64,000 bases of DNA from Candidatus Bathyarchaeota archaeon (GCA_963827165.1 CAWGZR010000004.1:192001-256000), one strand, 5' to 3'; positions 31,611 through 41,901 are shown, counted from the first letter of the stretch. Notes: a model not told the origin generated them from the sequence alone. Translations and numbers: made by a program.

Positions 31611-32897
31611 TTGCGCATAATGAAAAGCCAAGAGCTAAATACATACAAGCCCCTAATCTGGGAACGGAAAAGTGAGGGGAGCAATAGCGCGTTGAAGCCG
31701 TTTAGTTTTGTTCACGCTTCGGACCTACATTTGGGCTATGCACAGTACGGGTTAGAGGCGAGAAGGCAAGACTTTGATAACGCCTTCAAAGAGTTGGTGG
31801 ATAAAACCATCGCGTTAAAAGTTGACTTCATAATCATCGCGGGCGACCTTTTCCACCAGGCCAGACCGTCAAACGTCACTTTGGAAAACACAATTAAAAG
31901 TTTCAAACGGCTCAAAGACGCATGCATCCCAGTTTTAACCGTCGACGGCTCACATGATTCAGCGCCCAACACCGTTACCGGCACAATTCTCTACCCTTTG
32001 GATAGCGCCGGATTGATTCATCATCTTCCAAGACACAGCGGCGCCTGCTGGCGAAAACAAGACGCCTGCTACGTGTACGGCATACCAAACTTCCACAACA
32101 GGCACAAAACAGAAGAGGCACTGCCCAAATTCATGGCGGAAAACCCGCCTTCACCCGAAAAAGGCGTCTGTAACATTTTTGTTTTCCATGGAGCCTTAGA
32201 TTTGCCCGCTGTTAAACCGCCCTACATCGAGGCTGAACTTTCGCCAGATCAGTTACCCAGCGACTTCAACTATTACGCTGCTGGCCACGTGCATGAACAG
32301 TTCATGGAGAAGTTCAAGGATGGTTTGCTGGTTTACAGCGGCTGCACGGAAACGGCTGATTATCGGGAAGCTAAGTACCGCAAAGGCTTCATGCATGTTA
32401 CGGTAAACGAGAAATGCGAAGTCGACGCCCAACCTATCGAGCTTGAGTCAAACCGCAGATTCATCGTTCTAGAGCAAGAGTACAACGGAGAGTCATCCTC
32501 AAAAATCACTGAGCTAACAGCCCAGCAAGTGAGAGACAACGACGCCGAAGGAGCAATCATAATCCCGGTCCTAAAGGGAACGCTCCCTGTTGAGGCAAGT
32601 CGATCCGAAATTGATACGGGTAAAATTCGAAGTGCAGGCGAAAAAGCCATGCTTGTGCACCCTATCGTTCTGCTCAAGGAAACCGCGATTTCAGACGAGG
32701 TGGCACGATCCATTTTCGAGAGCGAATTCAAAGATTTGAGAACCAAAGCCTACGATTATTTTTTGGAGATTTTCTCGCAACGTTACGGCCGCGCAGAAGC
32801 CGAAAAAATCGCTAAGGGCGCACTCAACCTCATCGAGCCCTTAAGCCGAAAACAAGAAGACAAAGTCAAACAAGCAATAGAGGAGCTGATGAAATGA
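31611..32897 (+). CDS. mre11: Mre11/SbcD nuclease
   Basis: HASDLHLG, AGDLFH, GSHD, FHG, YAAGHVH, YSG. Confidence 0.92.
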   Translation: MRIMKSQELNTYKPLIWERKSEGSNSALKPFSFVHASDLHLGYAQYGLEARRQDFDNAFKELVDKTIALKVDFIIIAGDLFHQARPSNVTLENTIKSFKRLKDACIPVLTVDGSHDSAPNTVTGTILYPLDSAGLIHHLPRHSGACWRKQDACYVYGIPNFHNRHKTEEALPKFMAENPPSPEKGVCNIFVFHGALDLPAVKPPYIEAELSPDQLPSDFNYYAAGHVHEQFMEKFKDGLLVYSGCTETADYREAKYRKGFMHVTVNEKCEVDAQPIELESNRRFIVLEQEYNGESSSKITELTAQQVRDNDAEGAIIIPVLKGTLPVEASRSEIDTGKIRSAGEKAMLVHPIVLLKETAISDEVARSIFESEFKDLRTKAYDYFLEIFSQRYGRAEAEKIAKGALNLIEPLSRKQEDKVKQAIEELMK

Positions 32898-34981
32898 AAA
32901 TCGAGGTTGTTCAGCTCGAAAACATTCGCAGTCACATCAAATCAACCGTACCTTTCACAGGCGGCTTTAACTGCTTAGTGGGAGGTTTAGGCTGCGGAAA
33001 ATCAAGCGTCCTCTACGCACTAGACTTTGCCTTGTTCGGCGACTCCATCGGCAGAAGTTTTGAGTATTTACTTCGTGAAGGAGCAGACTGGGGTCGCGTC
33101 ACAGTTCAATTTTCCCAGAACGGCAGCACCTACAAGCTTACCCGTGGAATCAGGCGAAAAGGAAAAAGCATCACCCAAAACATCGAAGAACTAAAGCTTT
33201 TCGAGGATGAGAAGCTTGTCGCTAGCATGAAAACAGAGGCAATAGCTGAACAGTTCAAGGCCATAACGGGGTTGGATAAGGAGCTTTACCGAGAGATCGT
33301 CTGGTTTAGGCAAGAGCACCTTAAAGAACTCTTGGATTCCACGCCACGAGACAGACAAAGACGTCTGGATGAGTTATTCGGGTTATCTGACTATGAAGTT
33401 GCTTGGAGCAGCATTGCGCAGTATCAGCGGGATTATGAAACTGAAAGAAGGGTTTACGAGAAAGACCCTGACGTCAACGGATTGGAAAAACTTGGCGGCG
33501 AATACAACAAGACAACCGAAGAATACACAATGCTTGAGATGGACCTTGAATCTTCGACGCAGACGCTGGTGATAGCTAAAAAAACGTTGGATGAAGCGGA
33601 TTCAAAACTTAAGAGGCTTGAAGAGAAACGTCAAGCTATTGAAGAGCTAAAACGTAAAGAGGCAAGGCTACACTCCGACACCTTCAACACAACAAAAATC
33701 TTGGCTTCCCTAACCGAGCGATTACAGGGCAAAAAAACAATCCTTGACAATCTGCATCAACGTCAAGCCTCTATCGACAGTCAAATAAAACAATGCTTTA
33801 GCAAGCTTGAGCAAGCGGGCCTGCCCATAGACCTTCCACCTCAGACACTGCACAGTTGCTTGTCGACGTTTGACGACCAAATCAGCGGTTTACGCGCTGA
33901 CCAAGAAGTCACCAATAGAGACTTACAAACAGACAAAAGAAGAGCAGCCACATTGGCGCAGGAAAACAAATGCCCGCTTTGCATACAACCTCTTGACGGC
34001 GAATACAAAACCAACTTGATGTCACGGATAGAAAAAGAAAACTTTGAACGTGAGAAAAACCTCGTTCAACTGAGAACACAGATCGATTCAATGCAGAAAA
34101 CAAAAGCCGCCGCCTCAGACGCCTGCGCTAACCTGCAGACCTGCCTGACAAGAGCCGAAGAACTGAAAAACCGCTTAAGCGAAGAAGAAACCAATCTCAA
34201 AAGCTTGACAAGCGAGTTTGAGGAAAAACAGCGGGTTGAAGCCGACCTGAAGATGCAGCTTGAGCATGTGCAATTTGAAGTTGGCAGATTCGACTCATCT
34301 GAATTGGATGCTGCACGAGCACAGCGGGAAGCCGCATTCCGACGATATTACGTTGTGGACTCTGAGTTGAAAACTAAAGAGAGCCGCAAAAAAGACCTTT
34401 TCAGACGATTAGACGAAATTAAAGAGCGAATCAATGTTGCTCAGGAAAAGCTTGAGCGCATGGAGAAGAACCGCAAAACCGTAGAGGTCTTAGGCGCTAT
34501 TCGCGATGCCTACCGCAGCATTCAGCCTAAACTTCGCAGCGAGTTCGTGAAGGTTCTGCGCAACTACATCCAACAAGTGCTCGACAGCTTAGTCGGCTCC
34601 GAAGCATCCATGCTAAACGTGGTAATCGACGACACCTACACTCCATATGTGAAAAGCGAGGCAGGAGTGGATCGTGAAGTTTCTAACCTTTCAGGCGGCG
34701 AACGCACGCTTTTGGCTTTCGCTTACCGCTTGGGCTTGGGTCAGCTCATCATGCAGTCGCGCACGGGTCATGGCTTAAGCATGCTGGTGCTTGACGAACC
34801 GACAGAAAACTTGGGCAGCGAAGACGGCAGCATAGAGCGGCTGGCCGAAGCGATAAGTCGATTCAAAGCGATAGAGCAAATCATCGCTGTCACCCACAGT
34901 GAAGCCTTCGCCGGCAAAGCAGACCACGTGATAACACTCGAAAAAGAGACTGGCATAAGCAAAATATCAATCGAACGATAA
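32894..34981 (+). CDS. rad50: Rad50/SbcC ATPase
   Basis: Walker A GLGCGKSS, CPLC zinc hook, LSGGE signature, LDEPT. Confidence 0.92.
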   Translation: MKIEVVQLENIRSHIKSTVPFTGGFNCLVGGLGCGKSSVLYALDFALFGDSIGRSFEYLLREGADWGRVTVQFSQNGSTYKLTRGIRRKGKSITQNIEELKLFEDEKLVASMKTEAIAEQFKAITGLDKELYREIVWFRQEHLKELLDSTPRDRQRRLDELFGLSDYEVAWSSIAQYQRDYETERRVYEKDPDVNGLEKLGGEYNKTTEEYTMLEMDLESSTQTLVIAKKTLDEADSKLKRLEEKRQAIEELKRKEARLHSDTFNTTKILASLTERLQGKKTILDNLHQRQASIDSQIKQCFSKLEQAGLPIDLPPQTLHSCLSTFDDQISGLRADQEVTNRDLQTDKRRAATLAQENKCPLCIQPLDGEYKTNLMSRIEKENFEREKNLVQLRTQIDSMQKTKAAASDACANLQTCLTRAEELKNRLSEEETNLKSLTSEFEEKQRVEADLKMQLEHVQFEVGRFDSSELDAARAQREAAFRRYYVVDSELKTKESRKKDLFRRLDEIKERINVAQEKLERMEKNRKTVEVLGAIRDAYRSIQPKLRSEFVKVLRNYIQQVLDSLVGSEASMLNVVIDDTYTPYVKSEAGVDREVSNLSGGERTLLAFAYRLGLGQLIMQSRTGHGLSMLVLDEPTENLGSEDGSIERLAEAISRFKAIEQIIAVTHSEAFAGKADHVITLEKETGISKISIER

Positions 34982-35232
34982 CAAATTCCCCAAAGCGTGA
35001 GCGCCGCCTATTTTCATGAAAACCTTTTCATTTTTCCATTAATAAGGCTGTTTAGTGTGCTGTTCTAAAAAGAAGTACAAGAGGAAGTTTCCAAAGCTTT
35101 CAACCGAGCGCTCTAAAGTTGGTAAAGCCTTATATCGAACCCACTCCATATCTTGAAAAGCGAAAAAAAAGTTGTTTGAATGGTTAGAAGCCTCTTCAAA
35201 CAAAATTTATCAATAAAGGAGTAGAAAAAATC

Positions 35233-36027
35233 TTGAATACAAAAAAACTTAAAGTTCTTGCAATGATTATACTAACGTCAACACTCTTAATTCTCGCAAG
35301 TGCAGCCAGCTTTCCAAGTGTTAAAGCAGCAACGACGTCCAGTTTGGTTGTCTACACTACATTAGGCGGAGCCTCATCCGGAGCTGTCATGGCAAACGGT
35401 ACAGCAATGGTCATGGGGTCAGCGGGCAATCCTCTAACTACCGGCGATACATACACATTCACCGCCACGGCTGCTTCCGGCTACCAATTCTTAGGCTGGG
35501 CGTACGCCGACGCAAGCGGTTCGGCCGGGACGACCAGTGCCTCATACTCGAAAGTCATTTCACAGGCCTGCGCTCTAGAGGCGGTCTTCGTTCCTACCAC
35601 TAACGTAACGGCAACACCATCGGGAAGTGGAGCATCTACAATGAGCCTCTTTGCAACAGAAGGTGGAACAACGTCTCCTACTGGACAACTCGATGGAGCA
35701 GCAGTCAGCGGTACCATAGGAACAGCGCAAACTTTCACAGAAACACCCGGAGACGGCTACAATTTCCTATGCTGGGTCGTGCAATGCGGACAAAACAACT
35801 ATTACACTTCGTCAACTCTTAGTTACACGCCAACATCAAGCGGAGCAGCCATAGAAGCACTTTGGGTTCCAACCGACAGCGGAATAACCTTGACATCCAC
35901 AACACCGACAGCAACGCCAACATCCACAGTACCAGAGTTTTCAGCAGCAATCACTGTCATAATCGCAGCAGCATTAGTCGCAGCTGCATTCGCAACGATA
36001 GCAATCAGCAAGAAAGCTCGAAAGTAA
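35233..36027 (+). CDS. surface protein with bacterial Ig-like repeats and PEF-CTERM sorting signal
   Basis: Signal peptide; TATAASGYQFLGW and ETPGDGYNFLCW repeats; VPEFS+TM+KKARK. Confidence 0.82.
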   Translation: MNTKKLKVLAMIILTSTLLILASAASFPSVKAATTSSLVVYTTLGGASSGAVMANGTAMVMGSAGNPLTTGDTYTFTATAASGYQFLGWAYADASGSAGTTSASYSKVISQACALEAVFVPTTNVTATPSGSGASTMSLFATEGGTTSPTGQLDGAAVSGTIGTAQTFTETPGDGYNFLCWVVQCGQNNYYTSSTLSYTPTSSGAAIEALWVPTDSGITLTSTTPTATPTSTVPEFSAAITVIIAAALVAAAFATIAISKKARK

Positions 36028-36188
36028 AACCACTTTCTTTTTTATTTTTTTTTAGTTTTAACGCGCCATAGTTATCGATCAATTGATTTCATGCAGGCGA
36101 TGCCATTTACGGGCGACCCAAACTTTCTGCTTCAAAGCATCGCGTTAAGCCTTATATAAAGCCCAAGAGCACCGTTAAACCATCAGAA

Positions 36189-37310
36189 GTGGTTGGCGGC
36201 GTACAAAAAATGAAATTCAACGTAGGAATCGAATCTATTCAGGCGGAAGTAAAAGACAATATTCTCGCAATTTGCTCAAATGAACCATTAAGAGTTCTGA
36301 GCTCAGCCGTTTTGAACGGGGGACTAAAGGAAGCACGTGCAATAATTAATGTTCAAGTACCCGAAGGAAGCGGCGAAGACAAAAATGACGTGCATTGGAA
36401 CGCCGAAGAATTCCTGAAAACACAAATTCAAGTTCTCGGACTCCCAAACGACACAGTTGGGTTAATGACCGCTGCCAAAATGAAGAATGTCACGACATCC
36501 AGCAGAAAAACCGGGAAAACAACGCTTACGCTTTTCGTGACAGGTGGAAAAACCGTCGCCGTAACAGCGGGCGAACCTGCAGCGTCAAGGCACGCAGAAA
36601 AACACGGCACAATAAACATCATCCTGCTGGTAGACGGAGATATGACGGATGGTTGCATGGTTGAAGCGCACAAAACCATCACCGAAGCCAAAACTGTCGC
36701 GCTGCGGGAACTCGACTTGCGAAGTCAATTCTCAGGCGACCTCGCCACAGGAACATTAACCGACACCGTCGCAGTTGCCTGCACCAAAAGAGGCGCCCGA
36801 ATAAGTTTTGCTGGAACCTTCACATTGATAGGCGAACTCATCGCTCAAAGCGTCCGAGAATGCGTAAAAGAGGCAATTTACAAGCAAGAAAACTTTGCTG
36901 CAGACAGACCCCTAATAGAGAGACTGCAGGAAAGAGGAGTAAAAACAGAAGACATGCTTTCGATGCTAAAGAAGATCGAAATTTCAGTTGGAAGCGATAA
37001 GTATCAGCGGCTCAAGAAAGAAGTCGAGAGGACCCTAACCGACAAGAAAATAGCGTCGCTGGTCTTGGCAAGTCTCAGGTCCGATGAGGATTTAGAAAAG
37101 GGTTTAGTTCCCAAGAACGAAAAAAACAATGTCGAACAAGAAGTCTTTGAAGGAATCCTTGTTGCTGCAATCAGGGATTATTTGGCCCCCGAAAAAGACG
37201 ATTTGGAAACCATAAAGCAGAATCTTAGGAACGAAAAGAATCTGGGTCCGCTTACTACCTGCGTCTTGAAAGCAATTGTTAAAGATGCCTACTCCAAAGT
37301 TGGATGCTAA
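36189..37310 (+). CDS. cbiZ: adenosylcobinamide amidohydrolase with C-terminal extension (CbiS-like)
   Basis: LSSAVLNGG, GLMTAA, GTINIIL, TEAKT.AL, ATGTLTD. Confidence 0.85.
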   Translation: MVGGVQKMKFNVGIESIQAEVKDNILAICSNEPLRVLSSAVLNGGLKEARAIINVQVPEGSGEDKNDVHWNAEEFLKTQIQVLGLPNDTVGLMTAAKMKNVTTSSRKTGKTTLTLFVTGGKTVAVTAGEPAASRHAEKHGTINIILLVDGDMTDGCMVEAHKTITEAKTVALRELDLRSQFSGDLATGTLTDTVAVACTKRGARISFAGTFTLIGELIAQSVRECVKEAIYKQENFAADRPLIERLQERGVKTEDMLSMLKKIEISVGSDKYQRLKKEVERTLTDKKIASLVLASLRSDEDLEKGLVPKNEKNNVEQEVFEGILVAAIRDYLAPEKDDLETIKQNLRNEKNLGPLTTCVLKAIVKDAYSKVGC

Positions 37311-37415
37311 ACCACGGGATGCCACACTTAAGCGTGGAGTTAGGGTTAATTCAACTGGCAACCCATGATTAACCATACAGCAGTCAACCATAGTTAACTT
37401 TAATAATGCAGGAAC

Positions 37416-38705
37416 TTGCTTTTTAGCAAGGTGCAAATTTACGTGGTCTCTATAAACCCCAATGAGCTCCCCTATGACACGCTCAAGCATTGGCCTCCCA
37501 TGACGTATAGAGACAACAAAGCACCCAGCAAAGAGGCAATCAAGGGCTTTGCGGATTTCCTTCAAACAGAAAACGTTTCTAAAGGACCCAAAGAGTTGCA
37601 GCCTTGGATTCCCTTCTGCGACGGCAGATGCTCTTTTTGTTATTTTCCAGTTAACTGCGAAAAACACGACATAGCCGCCTACATCGAGGCTTTGAAGAGC
37701 GCGTTGCATCGCTACTCAGAAACCAAATATGTGAAATCAACCGTTTTTGATGAGATCTACGTCGGCGGCGGCAGCCCATCCGTTCTTTCGGAGACCCAGA
37801 TCGCGGATGTCATCGACTATTGCCGGGGCAACTTTGCCTTTTCTGAGGGGTGCACAACAAAGTTTACTGCATGCACTTTTGGGTTGACAGACAAAAAAAT
37901 TCATCTCTTGGCGTCCCGTGAAGTTGACCAATTAGACATCGGAATCCAAACCTTCGAAGATGCCTTCCGAAAAAACCTTACACTTCGCGACGGAAGCAAA
38001 GACGCCGTCGACAAGCTTAAGGCCGTCAAGAAAAACGGTTTGCACCTCAGCATCGACTTGTTATATAATCTTCCTGGGCAAACGATGGAGCAGTGGCGTG
38101 GAGACATAAAACAGGCTTTGGAGCTTGAAGTCGAAAGCGTTGACTGCTACCCGCTGGATTTATACGCTGATACCCCGCTTGCCCGAAGAGTCGCAGGCGG
38201 AGAACTACCCTCGCCCGGTGACTATCGCAAAGAACTTGAAATGTACATGGAAGCCTACGACATCTTTAAACAAAATGGGTACTTCCCAACCTGCCATAAC
38301 AGGTTCTCAAGACTCAAAGAAGACCGCGGAAAAGTGTCTTCAGAAGTTGTGGGTTCAGGCGCAGGTTTCTTCATGGGGCACCTTGGAAATTTCCAGTACT
38401 CCGACATAAACGACGTAAAAGGCTACGTAGCTTCAGTTCAGCAAGGATCTTTCCCATTGGCGTCTCTAGCAACGCTTTCAAAGGCAGATAAAATGCGAAA
38501 AGCAATGATGCTTATCTACGTCCGCCAGAGATTGGACCGAAAAGATTTCAGGGATGAGTTTGGAAAGTTCCCCGAAGAAGCATTCCCAGACGCAATAGAG
38601 AGGCTCAAGCAGAAAGGTTTGATTGAAGTTACTGACGAAGAGATTCGGTTGTCTGAGAAAGGAGATCCTTGGCGATTCAACATCGCTTGGGAGTTCTTCA
38701 AATAG
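37416..38705 (+). CDS. HemN-like (class C) radical SAM enzyme
   Basis: WIPFCDGRCSFCYF, YVGGGSPS, GIQTF, IDLLYNLPGQT. Confidence 0.85.
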   Translation: MLFSKVQIYVVSINPNELPYDTLKHWPPMTYRDNKAPSKEAIKGFADFLQTENVSKGPKELQPWIPFCDGRCSFCYFPVNCEKHDIAAYIEALKSALHRYSETKYVKSTVFDEIYVGGGSPSVLSETQIADVIDYCRGNFAFSEGCTTKFTACTFGLTDKKIHLLASREVDQLDIGIQTFEDAFRKNLTLRDGSKDAVDKLKAVKKNGLHLSIDLLYNLPGQTMEQWRGDIKQALELEVESVDCYPLDLYADTPLARRVAGGELPSPGDYRKELEMYMEAYDIFKQNGYFPTCHNRFSRLKEDRGKVSSEVVGSGAGFFMGHLGNFQYSDINDVKGYVASVQQGSFPLASLATLSKADKMRKAMMLIYVRQRLDRKDFRDEFGKFPEEAFPDAIERLKQKGLIEVTDEEIRLSEKGDPWRFNIAWEFFK

Positions 38706-38804
38706 CCACACATAACGTTTTCATCGGGCTGAACAATCTCCAGTTGAGCATGTTGTTTTTCCGAAAAGCCAAAGAAATGGGGCATAGCGCTTTTCTTAAT
38801 TTCC

Positions 38805-40013
38805 CTATGCGGTTTTGTTTGTTTTTTGGGGTGCCCCGCTTTTCATCATCGCAAGCATCGCTTCTGTCTTAGCACCCCCAAGATCCTTTGACACCGATTT
38901 CAGACGTTCAGGGATATCTATATGCTGCGGGCAACGTTCCATACATTGTTTGCACTCCTGACATAATGAAGCATCAGCGCGTTTACCCATCAGACCACCC
39001 ATCAACATCATTCCATACATAACACGCGAATGTTGTTCATCACCAAACATGCAATAGTCATTATAGGCGCTGAAGTTGCGGGGAATATTAACGCCGAATG
39101 GACATGGCATACAGTATTCGCAGCCCGTGCATTGAACCTTCATAAGACGCTTGAAGGATTCAGCAACATTTTTGATGGTTGCCAGTTCATCGGGTTTCAT
39201 TGAGCACGGCAACGCGGTTTCAGCAGTCTTTATGTTTTCGGCAACTTGTTTTTCCTCATTCATTCCTGAAAGAACCACCGTTACTTCGGGGTGATTCCAT
39301 ACCCAGCGAAGACCCCATTCAGCTGCGCCCCATTGAGTTTTAGAATCATCATAAAGCTGCTTCACTTCCTTTGGGATATTGCTCGCTAATGCTCCGCCTC
39401 TAAGAGGCTCCATAACCATGACTGCAAGATTCTTTGATGCAGCATACTTTAGTCCCTCTGTTCCAGCTTGGGTTTTTTCGTCTAGAAAATTGTACTGTAT
39501 TTGACACATTACCCAGTCGTTGGCATCAACAATAGATTTGAAAGTTTCAGTTGAACCATGAAATGAGAAACCCATGTTAACTATTTTTCCTTCTGCTTTT
39601 GCTTTTTCTAAGAATTTTAAAGCCCCGAATCCTTGAAGTTTATTCCAGGATTCTTTTTCAAGCCCATGTAAAAGATAGTAGTCAATGTGGTCTGTTTGGA
39701 GTTTTTGCAGAGAGGTGTTTAACATTTTGTCCATGTCTTCAGCGTTATTTAGCATAAAATGTGTAAGTTTCGTAGCGATTTTTACTCTTTTGCGGTAATC
39801 ATCTAACAGGGCTTTTCCAAGCACTATTTCGCTGCTACCTCCATGATATGGAGGGGCTGAGTCAACGTAATTTACCCCGTTGTCGATCGCGTAGCGAATT
39901 TGGTCTATTGCGCGTTCTTCATCGATGGCTTGCCCCTTTAAGGGTAAGCGCATACATCCTAATCCTAACGCCGATAATTTGTCTCCGTTTTTCGGTACCG
40001 TTCTGAACTGCAT
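38805..40013 (-). CDS. aldo/keto reductase with C-terminal 4Fe-4S domain
   Basis: LGCMRLP, ATKL, IQYN, MEPLRGG, CTGCEYCMPCP, CQECKQCMERCPQ. Confidence 0.92.
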   Translation of the reverse strand: MQFRTVPKNGDKLSALGLGCMRLPLKGQAIDEERAIDQIRYAIDNGVNYVDSAPPYHGGSSEIVLGKALLDDYRKRVKIATKLTHFMLNNAEDMDKMLNTSLQKLQTDHIDYYLLHGLEKESWNKLQGFGALKFLEKAKAEGKIVNMGFSFHGSTETFKSIVDANDWVMCQIQYNFLDEKTQAGTEGLKYAASKNLAVMVMEPLRGGALASNIPKEVKQLYDDSKTQWGAAEWGLRWVWNHPEVTVVLSGMNEEKQVAENIKTAETALPCSMKPDELATIKNVAESFKRLMKVQCTGCEYCMPCPFGVNIPRNFSAYNDYCMFGDEQHSRVMYGMMLMGGLMGKRADASLCQECKQCMERCPQHIDIPERLKSVSKDLGGAKTEAMLAMMKSGAPQKTNKTA

Positions 40014-40214
40014 TATTTCACTTCCAATTTTTAATTCAATTAGTTTAGATTAACCCTAATTTGGACCGACTAGACAATAATGTTCTGATTTTTATCCGCC
40101 TATTAAGCTATCGCTAGCTACGCGGCACTAAAAATACGCAAGACCTCTCAGAAAAACTGAGCAAAATCAGCGCTTATGTCAGAAATTAATAACGCTTACT
40201 TCGTCTTTGGGATA

Positions 40215-41555
40215 TCAGTTTTTCTGACGCGCCTTTTTCATTCTAAGTCCAATTATTAAACTTACGATTATGACGACAATCAGGATGACTGCAGCAACAA
40301 TCAAAAAGGAGCCATCACCAATCGAAGTTGAAGGTTTTGAGGAAACAACGGGACTAGACAAGGGCGAGGTAGAAGGCATTTGAGGCGAGGGTTGCGGAAC
40401 TACAATCGAACCAAAAGCATACACGCCGTTGTCATCTGAGCCCACATAGACAACTCCGTTAACTATCGAAGGAGAAGACTCCACCGCACTGCCGGTTGTG
40501 AAACTCCAAATCTTAACACCCGTGGCAGCGTTCAAAGCATAAACATTACCGTTCTCCGAACCGAAGCAGACTACGCCGTCGGCCACAAACGGAGAAGAAT
40601 CCACGATGTTGCCAGTTGAGAAGTTCCACGTTTTGATCCCGCTTGCAGCATTCAACGCATAAAGGTTGCCGTCGTCGGAACCAATGTAGACCAAGCCGTT
40701 TGCGACCGCAGGACAAGACTCGATAACACCGGCTGTCCCATAGCTCCATATTTTTTCGCCCGTTGCATCGCTTAAAGCATAAACATAATTGTTTGAGCCC
40801 GTGTAGACCACGCCGTCGACGACAGCTGGGGAAGAATACATCGGTGAACCAGCTGGAAATCCCCAAATCTTGCTGCCAGAGGAGGCATTCAACGCATAAA
40901 CGTCGACGTAAGAGTCAACGTAGACTACGCCGTTAACGAGTGCAGGTGAAGAATATACATAATTTCCTGTTCCGTAACTCCAAATTTTGAGGCCCGTTGC
41001 CGCATTCAGTGCATAAACATTGAAATCGTTGGACCCCACGTAAACCACCCCATCAGCAACCATAGGAGAAGAATACACTTCGCCCCCAGTCCCAAAGCTC
41101 CAGATTTTACCGCCGGTTGAAGCATTCAACGCATACACGTAGTGATCGTCGGAGCCAATGTAAACAACGCCGTCGGCAACCGAGGGAGAATCCTCTACTG
41201 CGCTGCCCGTTTGATAGCTCCAGATTTTGGCGCCGGTCGCAGCATTCAAAGCATAAACGTAGTCATCATCCGAACCGACGTAGACCACGCCGTTGATAAC
41301 TGCAGGGGAAAGGTATTCCAGAGAGTTCTCGGTCGGGAAGATCCAGAGGGTTTTATTTGTCAGCGGCGCGTCGGAGGTGGAGAATCCTGTGTGGAATTGA
41401 TCATGATGGAATTGGGAAGACCAATCCACGGTGGACTGTTGGGCACTCACTTTTGGCGAAAACGCTGAAAACATTGCTAAACATAACAGTCCCAGAAGAA
41501 TTATTGGTTTTTTTCTGTTTATTTTTATGCGGTGAGAACGGGATTGCGTGATCAT
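40215..41555 (-). CDS. secreted PQQ-like (BamB-type) beta-propeller repeat protein, C-terminally anchored
   Basis: About 8 repeats SSP.VA.GVVY.GS.D..VYAL.A.TG.KIW; C-terminal TM. Confidence 0.9.
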   Translation of the reverse strand: MITQSRSHRIKINRKKPIILLGLLCLAMFSAFSPKVSAQQSTVDWSSQFHHDQFHTGFSTSDAPLTNKTLWIFPTENSLEYLSPAVINGVVYVGSDDDYVYALNAATGAKIWSYQTGSAVEDSPSVADGVVYIGSDDHYVYALNASTGGKIWSFGTGGEVYSSPMVADGVVYVGSNDFNVYALNAATGLKIWSYGTGNYVYSSPALVNGVVYVDSYVDVYALNASSGSKIWGFPAGSPMYSSPAVVDGVVYTGSNNYVYALSDATGEKIWSYGTAGVIESCPAVANGLVYIGSDDGNLYALNAASGIKTWNFSTGNIVDSSPFVADGVVCFGSENGNVYALNAATGVKIWSFTTGSAVESSPSIVNGVVYVGSDDNGVYAFGSIVVPQPSPQMPSTSPLSSPVVSSKPSTSIGDGSFLIVAAVILIVVIIVSLIIGLRMKKARQKN

Positions 41556-41570
41556 TTTTTAGCCTTTGCA

Positions 41571-41587
41571 GGTTGGTTTATCCAGCC
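41571..41587. promoter_or_regulatory. operator copy 1, GGTTGGTTTATCCAGCC
   Basis: 14/17 match to the perfect palindrome at 41863; between a TATA-like TATATATAA and the propeller gene start. Confidence 0.55.
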
Positions 41588-41862
41588 ATGTATATATAAG
41601 ACTTTGCGTGATGTGCCGAGACAAGAAGTCATCTAAAGCAATTTTCTTAAAACACAGCCAAAAAACCAATTGCAGATTACTCCAAACATGAATCTGGCCT
41701 TTCCCCTATCCTGGTCTGCTCAACATGATTATGGAGGTTTTTTTGGCGATGTGTTGAGTGTGATTATTTGCTTGTATTTTGATGGGAAAACTTCATGGAG
41801 ATTGGCTTTGATTTTGACTTTCGGGTTTGCGACGCGTTTTTTTCAGAAAGTTTCTTATAGCA

Positions 41863-41879
41863 GGTTGGATAATCCAACC
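41863..41879. promoter_or_regulatory. operator copy 2, GGTTGGAT-A-ATCCAACC
   Basis: Perfect 8-1-8 palindrome just after TTCTTATA and 22 nt before the btuF ATG. Confidence 0.6.
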
Positions 41880-41901
41880 CAACACAAGGGGAATCAAAAG
41901 G

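Noticed and set aside
37104-37709. 201-aa minus-strand ORF
   Set aside because: Antisense shadow across cbiZ and the HemN-like gene with no motifs
40430-41330. About 120-nt periodic DNA repeats
   Set aside because: Fully explained by the beta-propeller protein repeats
41590-41900. Cobalamin riboswitch upstream of btuF
   Set aside because: No B12-box or other conserved riboswitch elements recognised, and a TATA-like box lies only about 45 nt before the start
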